Below are positions 29,234 through 37,205 of a DNA stretch of 64,000 nt, one piece after another. The position numbers were made by a program, and so were the translations under genes. This stretch comes from an uncultured Gemmatimonadales bacterium (GTDB lineage: Bacteria > Gemmatimonadota > Gemmatimonadetes > Gemmatimonadales > GWC2-71-9). The notes beneath the pieces were generated by a model. The model made no database searches. It saw nothing but the letters and a program-made list of their open reading frames with translations, and was not told where the DNA came from. Where the stretch lies: NCBI GenBank assembly GCA_947259405.1, contig CAMYLY010000003.1:123833-187832 (forward strand). Direction: 5' to 3'. Numbering within the stretch: position 1 is the first letter of the stretch; every line of letters starts with the position of its first letter.

Positions 29234-32134
29234 GTGACCGCCGCGAGCCCCGCGGGCGACCCGCGGCTGGCCCGGCGCCTGGAATCAGAAGTTGAAGGCG
29301 AGGTCCGGTTCGACCCCCTGTCGCGGGGGCTGTACAGCACGGATGCGTCGTTCTATCAGATCAACCCCATCGGCGTCGTCATCCCGCGCAACACCGCCGA
29401 CGTGCTGCGTACGCTCCAGATTGCCGCCGAGGCCGATGTGCCTGTGTTGCCGAGAGGTGCCGGGACATCGCAGGCTGGCCAAACGGTCGGGCACGCGCTG
29501 GTGATCGACACCAGCAAGTATCTCACGCGGATTCATCCGGTGAATGAGGATGCGATGTCCGTGGTTGTTGAGCCGGGTGTGGTCCTCGATGATCTCAACG
29601 ACGCACTCGGCCGCCACGGACTGTTCTTCCCAGTGGACGTGGCCACGTCGAATCGGGCCACGATCGGTGGTATGGCAGGCAACAACAGCTCGGGAGCGCG
29701 GTCGCTGCGTTACGGCATTATGGCGGACAACGTGCGCCGTATCGATACCGTCCTGGCGGGGGGCGAACAGATTCAGTTCGGTCCGGTTCCAGCCAACCTG
29801 CAGGACCCATTCTTTGCTGAGGTTGCACCGCGTTATCGCGACGTGGTGCGGCGCATCCGTGCGCTCTACGTGCAGGAACGCGATGAACTCGAACGACGCG
29901 TCCCACAGGTGCTGCGCCACGTTGCCGGGTACAACCTCCACCGTATGGGACTCGACGGCCACAACATGGCTGAGTTGCTCGTCGGGTCCGAAGGTACGCT
30001 GGGCTTCTTCACGGGGATCGAGCTACAGCTCGAACCCATGCCGAGTTCGCGTGTACTCGGCGTCTGCCATTTCCCCACACTTCGCGCCGCCATGGAGACC
30101 ACGCAACACGTCGTCGAGCTCGCGCCGACGGCGGTGGAGCTCGTCGACCGTCAGCTGCTCGATCGTGCCACTGCGAACCCCGCTTTCGCCAAGTCGCTTG
30201 CTCGGTTCGTACGGGGTGCACCGGGGGCGCTGCTGATGGTGGAGTTCTCCGCGACGGATCTGTCGACGAACCGCCGCGAACTCGATCGCCTCGATGAGCT
30301 CATGCGAGGCCGAGGTTATACCGACGCCGTGGTACGTGCGGAGGATTCGGCGTTCCAGCGCGAGATCTGGAGCGTACGCAAGGCGGGTCTGAACATCGTC
30401 ATGTCGATGCGGGGCCCGCGGAAGCCGGTATCGTTCATCGAGGATTGTGCCGTGCCGCTGGATCGGCTTGCTGAGTATACCGATCGGCTGAACGATGTGT
30501 TTGCCGACTATGGTGTGGACGCCACGTGGTACGCCCACGCATCCGTGGGATGTCTCCATGTGCGGCCGGCGCTCGATCTCAAGGATGCGGGGGATGTGGC
30601 CGCGATGCGGAGGATTGCCGAGCGGGCACACGCGATCGTCAGGGAGTTCAAGGGGTCGCATTCAGGCGAACACGGAGACGGGATCGTGCGGTCGGAGTTT
30701 CTGGCTTCGATGGTCGGGCAACGTCTCGTGCGGGCATTCGGCGAGATCAAGAGCACCTTCGACCCCAACGGTCGCTTCAATCCCGGAAAGATTGTGGACC
30801 CCCCCGTGATGGATGACCGTTCCCTATTCCGGTATCCCCCGACCTACCATATCAATGACAGCCACGCGGCACTCGATTGGTCGGCATGGGGTGGCTTGGG
30901 TGGAGCCGTCGAGATGTGCAACAACAATGGAGCGTGTCGCAAGCGCTCGGTCGGGGGCATGTGTCCGTCCTTCCGCGTGACAAACGAAGAACAGCACGTG
31001 ACACGTGGCCGAGCGAACGTGCTCCGCCTCGCACTCAGCGGTCAGCTCGACGAGCATTCGCTAGCGTCGGATGCGTTGTACCACACGATGGAACTTTGTA
31101 TCGGGTGCAAGGCGTGTCGATCTGAGTGCCCCACCGGTGTCGACATGGCCAGGATGAAGATCGAGGTCATGCGGGCACGCGCGAAGACGAGCGGCGTGTC
31201 ACGACGCGACTCGCTTGTTGCCAATCTCCCGAGGTATGCACCGTGGATGTCCCGATTCTCGGGCATTGCCAACGCGGTGCAGCGCCTTGGTGCCGGGATG
31301 GTGGAGCGGGCCTTTGGGCTTTCGGCGAAGCGCACCATGCCGCAGTGGCATCGACGACCATTCGACGCATCTGAAGTGTCGAACGCCCCAGAACCGGACG
31401 TCGTCCTGTTCGCTGATTCGTTCAATACGCACTTCGAGCCCGAGAATCTGCGGGCCGCGGTACGTGTGTTGGCGGCGGCGGGCTACCGTGTTGCCGTCGC
31501 CACGGCCCGGTCTGGGAAGCGCTTGTGTTGCGGTCGGACCTATCTCAACGCGGGGATGGTCGACCAGGCGCGCCGCGAAATGCGGCGTACGCTCGAGACA
31601 TTAGACCCATTCGTCAACCGAGGCGTACCGGTGATCGGATTGGAGCCCTCGTGCCTGCTCACCTTCCGGGACGAGCTCATGGTTGTGCTACCCACAGAGG
31701 AATCGAGGGGCCTCGGTGGCGCCGCGCTCCTTTTCGAAGAGTTCGCGGTGCGCGAACAGGAGGCGGGCCGTTGGCGGCTCAACCTCGCCGCGGCCCCCGC
31801 GACGAGGGTACTCGTGCACGGGCATTGCCATCAGACGGCGCTCGGCGCTGGTTCGGCGGTTGCGACGATGCTGCAGTGGATTCCCGGGGTGGAGGTGCAG
31901 ATGACCGACGGGACCTGCTGCGGAATGGCGGGGTCGTTCGGATACGAGCTGGAGCACTACGATCTGTCGCTCGCCATAGGTGAGCTGGACCTCTTGCCCG
32001 CGGTTCGTCGGTCCGATCCGGCGACGACCATCGTCGCGGATGGGACAAGTTGCCGCGCACAGATCGCCCACGCGACCCGCCGTGAGGCGGTGCACGCGGT
32101 TCAAGTGCTCGACAAACGGTTGATCGGCCAATGA
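29234..32134 (+). CDS. Fused FAD-linked oxidase (GlcD-like) + Fe-S/CCG-domain (GlcF-like) protein, YdiJ-like putative D-2-hydroxyacid dehydrogenase
   Basis: 966 aa with a GTG start. The N-terminal FAD-binding domain reads VVIPRNTADV...PRGAGTSQAGQ...IGGMAGNNSSGARS. Mid-protein ferredoxin Cys motifs are CNNNGACRK...MCPS and CIGCKACRSECP. The C-terminus has two CCG-type Cys regions (CCGRTY, CCGMAGSFG). Confidence 0.85.
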   Translation: MTAASPAGDPRLARRLESEVEGEVRFDPLSRGLYSTDASFYQINPIGVVIPRNTADVLRTLQIAAEADVPVLPRGAGTSQAGQTVGHALVIDTSKYLTRIHPVNEDAMSVVVEPGVVLDDLNDALGRHGLFFPVDVATSNRATIGGMAGNNSSGARSLRYGIMADNVRRIDTVLAGGEQIQFGPVPANLQDPFFAEVAPRYRDVVRRIRALYVQERDELERRVPQVLRHVAGYNLHRMGLDGHNMAELLVGSEGTLGFFTGIELQLEPMPSSRVLGVCHFPTLRAAMETTQHVVELAPTAVELVDRQLLDRATANPAFAKSLARFVRGAPGALLMVEFSATDLSTNRRELDRLDELMRGRGYTDAVVRAEDSAFQREIWSVRKAGLNIVMSMRGPRKPVSFIEDCAVPLDRLAEYTDRLNDVFADYGVDATWYAHASVGCLHVRPALDLKDAGDVAAMRRIAERAHAIVREFKGSHSGEHGDGIVRSEFLASMVGQRLVRAFGEIKSTFDPNGRFNPGKIVDPPVMDDRSLFRYPPTYHINDSHAALDWSAWGGLGGAVEMCNNNGACRKRSVGGMCPSFRVTNEEQHVTRGRANVLRLALSGQLDEHSLASDALYHTMELCIGCKACRSECPTGVDMARMKIEVMRARAKTSGVSRRDSLVANLPRYAPWMSRFSGIANAVQRLGAGMVERAFGLSAKRTMPQWHRRPFDASEVSNAPEPDVVLFADSFNTHFEPENLRAAVRVLAAAGYRVAVATARSGKRLCCGRTYLNAGMVDQARREMRRTLETLDPFVNRGVPVIGLEPSCLLTFRDELMVVLPTEESRGLGGAALLFEEFAVREQEAGRWRLNLAAAPATRVLVHGHCHQTALGAGSAVATMLQWIPGVEVQMTDGTCCGMAGSFGYELEHYDLSLAIGELDLLPAVRRSDPATTIVADGTSCRAQIAHATRREAVHAVQVLDKRLIGQ

Positions 32135-33621
32135 TCGAGGCAGTCGGGCGTGCAATGGCCCATGGGAGCCGGCCGGCGATTGTGACACCTACAGGGACGT
32201 CCACGTACCGAGACCTGATCGATGCATCGACGAGGGTCGCTACCATGTTGCTCCGCGGTCGCGAGGATCTCGATGGTGCCCGTGTGGCGTTTCTCACGAC
32301 CGCTGGCGACGAGTACGTGACGGCGCACTGGGGGATTTGGCGCGCCGGCGGGATCGCGGTGCCGTTGGCCACGTCCCATCCGGTGCCGGAGCTCGAACGG
32401 GTCGTGCGCGACTGTCATCCGGAAGTGGTTCTTCACGACGAGGCATTTGGAGCGCGGGCCGAGCAGGTGGCGACCTCGTGCGGTGTCTCGACCACGGATG
32501 TACGAGATGCGGCGGGGCACGACGCGGGCGCCCTCCCCGATGTCGCCGCCGAACGGCGTGCAATGATCGTCTACACGAGCGGGACCACAGGAAGCCCGAA
32601 GGGGGTCGTCACTACTCATGCCAACTATCGTGCGCAGGTTCGCACCCTGATCGATGCGTGGGAGATCACTGCCACCGACCGCACGCTCCTGGTCTTACCG
32701 CTCCATCATGTGCATGGCATCGTGAACGTGCTCGGATGCGCGTTGTGGGCCGGCGCCGCGGTCAACGTCCGAGTGCCGTTTGACGCCGGAGAGACGTGGC
32801 GACGCATGTCGAGCGGTGAGGTGACCGTGCTGATGGCGGTTCCAACCATCTATCGCAAGTTGATCACAGCGTGGGAGTCGATGGATACGGCGGTCCGAAG
32901 GCGAGCGTCCGAGGCATGTCGCGCCATGCGCCTGTTCGTGTCCGGCTCCGCGGCACTCCCGGTCACCGTGATGGCGCAGTGGCGTGAGATAACCGGACAC
33001 ACGCTTCTCGAGCGCTATGGCACGACGGAGACGGGGATGGTGCTCTCAAATCCTCTACAAGGTGGACGGCGGGCCGGATACGTGGGCACTCCCTTGCCAG
33101 GCGTTGAGGTGCGACTCGTCGATGACGAAGGGAGTGACGTGGACGAGGGAAATAGCGGCCAGCTGTTGGTTCGCGGGGACGCCGTGTTTCTCGAGTATTG
33201 GAATCGGCCGGCGGAAACGGCTGCCGCTTCGGTGAATGGGTGGTACCGCACGGGTGACGTTGCGACACTCGAGCATGGTGCCTATCGCATCATGGGACGG
33301 GAGAGCACCGATATCATCAAGAGTGGCGGATACAAGATTTCGGCCCTCGAGATCGAAGAGGTCCTCAGAGAACACGCATCGATCGTCGAGTGCGCGGTGG
33401 TCGGTGTGCCGGACGACGAATGGGGGGAGCGAGTCTGCGTGGCGGTGGAGTGTGTCCGTGGCGCGCTGGTCGACGCGGGCGAGCTTCGTGAGTGGTGTCG
33501 TGACCGGTTGGCACCCTACAAGATCCCGCGGTCCGTTACGGTGACTACGCTGCCGCGAAACGCGATGGGCAAGGTGACGAAGCCCCAAGTGACCGCCCTC
33601 TTCATCGGGCATCGTCCATGA
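32131..33621 (+). CDS. AMP-forming acyl-CoA synthetase (malonyl-CoA-synthetase/ACSF3-like)
   Basis: 496 aa. It contains the AMP-binding motif IVYTSGTTGSPKGVVTTH, plus YGTTETG, YRTGD and GGYKISALEIE. It has an ATGA overlap with the upstream gene. Confidence 0.85.
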   Translation: MIEAVGRAMAHGSRPAIVTPTGTSTYRDLIDASTRVATMLLRGREDLDGARVAFLTTAGDEYVTAHWGIWRAGGIAVPLATSHPVPELERVVRDCHPEVVLHDEAFGARAEQVATSCGVSTTDVRDAAGHDAGALPDVAAERRAMIVYTSGTTGSPKGVVTTHANYRAQVRTLIDAWEITATDRTLLVLPLHHVHGIVNVLGCALWAGAAVNVRVPFDAGETWRRMSSGEVTVLMAVPTIYRKLITAWESMDTAVRRRASEACRAMRLFVSGSAALPVTVMAQWREITGHTLLERYGTTETGMVLSNPLQGGRRAGYVGTPLPGVEVRLVDDEGSDVDEGNSGQLLVRGDAVFLEYWNRPAETAAASVNGWYRTGDVATLEHGAYRIMGRESTDIIKSGGYKISALEIEEVLREHASIVECAVVGVPDDEWGERVCVAVECVRGALVDAGELREWCRDRLAPYKIPRSVTVTTLPRNAMGKVTKPQVTALFIGHRP

Positions 33622-35078
33622 GGTGGATTGCGACGCATTGGATCGTGTTGGTCATGTTCGCCGTCTATACGGCGTTCTTGGTGCATCATGCCATCGCAGG
33701 CAAGCGTCGCACGCGCGCGCTATCCGACTACTACGTCGGCGGTCGATCGATGGGCGGTATCGTGCTCGGACTCTCGTTCTTCGCGACGTACTCCAGCACG
33801 AACAGTTTCGTGGGCTTTTCGGGTCAAGCGTACTCGTACGGTGCTGCGTGGCTGCTGTTGGCACCGGCTGCCGTCATCTTCTCGCTGCTTGCATGGATGT
33901 TCGTGGCACCGCGGCTACGGTCCTTCACGGAGCAGCTCGATTCCGTCACGATCCCGGATTTCATCGGCTTTCGGTTTGACAGCACAGCGGCGCGCTTTAC
34001 AGCGGCGTTGATCGTGCTGTTCGCGAGCTTCCTCTATATGACGGCCATCTTCAAGGGCATCGGCAATCTCCTCGAGGTCTTCCTCGACATTCCATATGTC
34101 GTGGCGATTTTCATCGTGCTGGTGATCGTGATGGTGTACACAGCGGTCGGCGGCTTCATTTCGGTCGTTCGGACGGACGCCCTCCAGGGCATCGTCATGT
34201 CCTTTGCCGCGCTCCTGCTCTTCGTCGGCACCGTGTCTGCGGCAGGCGGATTGGGGACCATCGCCGATCTCAAGGTCGACCCAGCCACGGCGGACCTCTT
34301 CCGTTGGGACACCGCGATGCCGTTTCCGGTGCTGATCGGCATCATCATGGCCGGCACCATGAAGTTCATCGTCGAACCGCGCCAGTTGTCGCGTTTCTAT
34401 GCGTTGGAAGATGAGCGCGCACGAAAGCAAGGGCTGTGGGTTTCCACGCTCACGTTCCTGGTTGTCTATGCCATGCTGCTGCCGATCGGGCTCTACGCCC
34501 ATTCAGCCATCCCGCAGACATTGACTGACACGGATCTGGTGGTTCCCACCCTGCTGGACAGCGATGTCTTCGCGGCACCCATCAGCGCGTTCCTCCTCGT
34601 CGCAATGGTTGCCGCGGCGATGTCGTCACTCGACAGCGTGCTCCTCGTGATGGCATCGACCTGCGAACGCGACGTCGTCGGCATCTGGCAACGGGCGCTG
34701 ACCGACAGAAAAGCGCTCAGAGCCACGCGCGGGTACGTCGCGCTCTTCGCAGTGATTACGGCCGCCATCGCGCTCGACCCGCCGGGACAGATTGTCGAGC
34801 TGACGGTCTTTTCGGGCGGGCTCTACGCCGCCTGCTTCTTTCCTGCTATTGTGCTCGGTCTCTACTGGCGTGGCGGCACGGGCGTCGGTGCGGTTTCGTC
34901 GTTCGTCGTGGGCACGCTGAGCTATGCCGTCTGGCGCGCGCTCCCCGTGAGCGAGGTGGTCCATGAGGTATTCCCCGCCATGGTGCTGGCCACGGGCACG
35001 TATGTGGTGGTTGGGGCGACCGTGGGGCGGAAGCCGGCGATCGTGGGGGAGCTGTTTAGGACGGGCAGCGAAGGGTGA
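33618..35078 (+). CDS. Sodium:solute symporter family transporter
   Basis: 486 aa, polytopic. The N-terminal motif is YYVGGRSMGGIVLGLSFFATYSSTNSFVGFSG. It has an ATGA overlap with the synthetase gene. Confidence 0.85.
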   Translation: MRWIATHWIVLVMFAVYTAFLVHHAIAGKRRTRALSDYYVGGRSMGGIVLGLSFFATYSSTNSFVGFSGQAYSYGAAWLLLAPAAVIFSLLAWMFVAPRLRSFTEQLDSVTIPDFIGFRFDSTAARFTAALIVLFASFLYMTAIFKGIGNLLEVFLDIPYVVAIFIVLVIVMVYTAVGGFISVVRTDALQGIVMSFAALLLFVGTVSAAGGLGTIADLKVDPATADLFRWDTAMPFPVLIGIIMAGTMKFIVEPRQLSRFYALEDERARKQGLWVSTLTFLVVYAMLLPIGLYAHSAIPQTLTDTDLVVPTLLDSDVFAAPISAFLLVAMVAAAMSSLDSVLLVMASTCERDVVGIWQRALTDRKALRATRGYVALFAVITAAIALDPPGQIVELTVFSGGLYAACFFPAIVLGLYWRGGTGVGAVSSFVVGTLSYAVWRALPVSEVVHEVFPAMVLATGTYVVVGATVGRKPAIVGELFRTGSEG

Positions 35079-35126
35079 AGGGAGCCGCATCTTGGTACGG
35101 TTGCCCTCTGTCCTTCGATCTGCGCC

Positions 35127-35627
35127 CTATCCTCTATAGTTCCCGAACTTCAGCTCTACTCCGTAGTCCTGCTCCCGCAAGAACTGCATGACCGCCTGGA
35201 GCGAATCCCGTGAGGGGGAGCTGACGCGTACCTCGTCGCCCTGAATGGCGGCCTGGACCTTCTTCATCTTCTGGTCCTTGATGTCCTTCACGATAGCTCG
35301 GGCCGTGTCGGTCGGCAGGCCCTGCTGCAGCATCACACGCTGGCGCACTCGGCTGCCGGCGGCTGGCTCGATCGTCCCGGGGTGCACGTTCTTGAGGGGG
35401 ACTTTGCGCTTGATGAGCTTGGTCTGGACGACGTCCCAAACGGCCTTGATCCGATAGTCGTCGTCAGCTTCGAGATCGATGACGGCGTCCGCACGCTTGA
35501 AGTCGATCGCGCAGTTGGTGCCCTTGAAGTCGTACCGCTGCTGGATCTCTTTGCGCGCCTGATTGGTGGCGTTGTCGACCTCCTGGAGGTCGGCGCCGGT
35601 CGAGATGTCGAACGATGCTTGAGCCAT
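35127..35627 (-). CDS. yajQ: YajQ-family (UPF0234) nucleotide / c-di-GMP-binding protein
   Basis: Trimmed to the ATG at 35625-35627. The product MAQASFDISTGADLQEVDNATNQARKEIQQRYDFKG...ELKFGNYR has the characteristic YajQ termini. Confidence 0.85.
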   Translation of the reverse strand: MAQASFDISTGADLQEVDNATNQARKEIQQRYDFKGTNCAIDFKRADAVIDLEADDDYRIKAVWDVVQTKLIKRKVPLKNVHPGTIEPAAGSRVRQRVMLQQGLPTDTARAIVKDIKDQKMKKVQAAIQGDEVRVSSPSRDSLQAVMQFLREQDYGVELKFGNYRG

Positions 35628-35707
35628 GGCCCGAAGAATCGAAGGTCGACGCCAGGGGGGCAAGGGGCCAGATCGTTTTTTCGCTTCGGCTCGGAGTTCG
35701 CTATGTT

Positions 35708-36862
35708 ATGAGTGGCCAACGCGGAACCAGGAGCGCAATGATGTTCGATCCGGCGAGCAAGAAATTGGTGGGGGCGGTCACCGTCGGCATGGTCGCCGTC
35801 GGCTGCGGGGGTGGTATCATCCTGCTGGACGAGCCGTGGAGCCTCCAGGAGGTCCAGCTCAACACGGATGACGGAATCCGCGTCCTGGTGCTGCACGACA
35901 TGGAGGGTCTGTCCGGGCAGGACGATCCCCTGACATTCGAGTTCGGCAGCGAGCGGTATGAAGAAGGGCAGGAGCTCTTGGTCGGCGACGTGAACGCCGT
36001 GATCGACGGGCTCTACGCGGGCGGAGCTACCGAGGTCCATGTAGTGGACGGGCACGGCAGCGGAAACCCGGAGCCGGATATTCTCACCGAGAAGCTCGAC
36101 CCACGGGCCTCCCAAGTCCTGCGCGATGAACCGTTCGATACCTACTTCGACTTGGTGGAACGTGGAGCGTACGATGCCGTGGCGGTCGTCGGCATGCACG
36201 CCAAGACGGGCAGTGAGGGATTTGCCTCACACACGTACACGCTCGGCATCGACATCATTCTCAACGATGAATCCATTACGGAGACGGAGCTCGTGGCCCT
36301 CAGTTGGGGTCGCGTCGGGGTCCCAGTCATCTTTGCCTCGGGTGACGACAAGCTGGCCGGCGACCTTCGTACCATGCCCTGGATCGAGTTCGTGACGGTG
36401 AAGGAAGCCACCAGCGCGTCGACGGCGATACCGCGACCGTTGGAGGAAGCGCGCGCAGATCTCCGGGCCGGCGCGCAGCGAGCGGTCGAGAATCTGGCGG
36501 ACGCCAGGGTGATGCGGGTGACGCTCCCGATGAAGGCGGCGGTCCGTGCCGTCCCACCAGCGAGTCTCGTCCATCTCGAGGGCTTCCCCGGTGTCCACTA
36601 CCGAGACAACACCGTCAGCTTCGCGGTCGACGACCTTTGGGAAGCCTATGACGGCATTCAGGCCGTCATCCGCGAGGCCCGGCAGGGATACCGCAGCATC
36701 CTCACCGAACGGATGCGCGAGTCCGAAGAGTTCGATTCGATCATTGCCGATTACAGCGCGCGGCTCTTCACCAGGTGGCTCGATGTGGAATCGGGTCGGT
36801 GGGAGGCGCCGCCGGATGAGGACGAGCCTGCAGCGTCAGGCATGTATCACGGCTATCGCTGA
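35708..36862 (+). CDS. Peptidase M55 (DppA-type D-aminopeptidase) family protein, secreted/anchored
   Basis: Trimmed to the ATG at 35708. It has an N-terminal hydrophobic segment (VGAVTVGMVAVGCGGG). The motifs VLHDMEGLSG, EVHVVDGHGSG, VGMHAKTGS and FASGDDK are collinear with Bacillus DppA. Confidence 0.8.
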   Translation: MSGQRGTRSAMMFDPASKKLVGAVTVGMVAVGCGGGIILLDEPWSLQEVQLNTDDGIRVLVLHDMEGLSGQDDPLTFEFGSERYEEGQELLVGDVNAVIDGLYAGGATEVHVVDGHGSGNPEPDILTEKLDPRASQVLRDEPFDTYFDLVERGAYDAVAVVGMHAKTGSEGFASHTYTLGIDIILNDESITETELVALSWGRVGVPVIFASGDDKLAGDLRTMPWIEFVTVKEATSASTAIPRPLEEARADLRAGAQRAVENLADARVMRVTLPMKAAVRAVPPASLVHLEGFPGVHYRDNTVSFAVDDLWEAYDGIQAVIREARQGYRSILTERMRESEEFDSIIADYSARLFTRWLDVESGRWEAPPDEDEPAASGMYHGYR

Positions 36863-36925
36863 GACTGGCGCGAGCGGCCACCACAACGCAGAATTCTCCC
36901 CGACCCTGAACTCGAGGACCTCGGC

Positions 36926-37123
36926 ATGGCAGTGAAGAACCCGTTAGGCGTGTTTGGACCACTGTGGATGGGAGTGATGTTGGTGGCGCTTATTATCTCC
37001 GCCTTCTTCTCGGCGCCGCGCGAGTTCCTCTCGGGGCTCAACATCTACACGCACCTGTTGTTCTTCTGGGCCCTCATGGCCCCGGGGGTGGTGATGTGTG
37101 TGTTGGCGGTGAAGAGAGATTAG
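36926..37123 (+). CDS. Hypothetical small membrane protein (65 aa, 2 TM)
   Basis: The product is MAVKNPLGVFGPLWMGVMLVALIISAFF...LLFFWALMAPGVVMCVLAV. Hydrophobicity is the only support. Confidence 0.35.
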   Translation: MAVKNPLGVFGPLWMGVMLVALIISAFFSAPREFLSGLNIYTHLLFFWALMAPGVVMCVLAVKRD

Positions 37124-37124
37124 A

Positions 37125-37205
37125 GGGGACGGAAGGGACTGATGGGACAGCAGGGACTGAGATTCGTTCAGTCCATCCGTCCCATCCGTGCCCTCCCTCC
37201 CCTCC
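37125..37205. repeat. 9-nt periodic G-rich / C-rich inverted arms filling a convergent intergenic spacer (bidirectional terminator / G4 candidate)
   Basis: The left arm is gggacggaa gggactgat gggacagca gggactgag. The spacer is attcgttca. The right arm is gtccatccg tcccatccg tgccctccc tcccctcct. The arms are imperfect reverse complements. The element is bounded by the stop codons at 37121-37123 (+) and 37206-37208 (-). Confidence 0.65.

Noticed and set aside
35333-36199. 288-aa minus-strand ORF
   Set aside because: It overlaps yajQ out of frame and is antisense to the M55 peptidase gene. The peptidase motifs support the plus-strand call.
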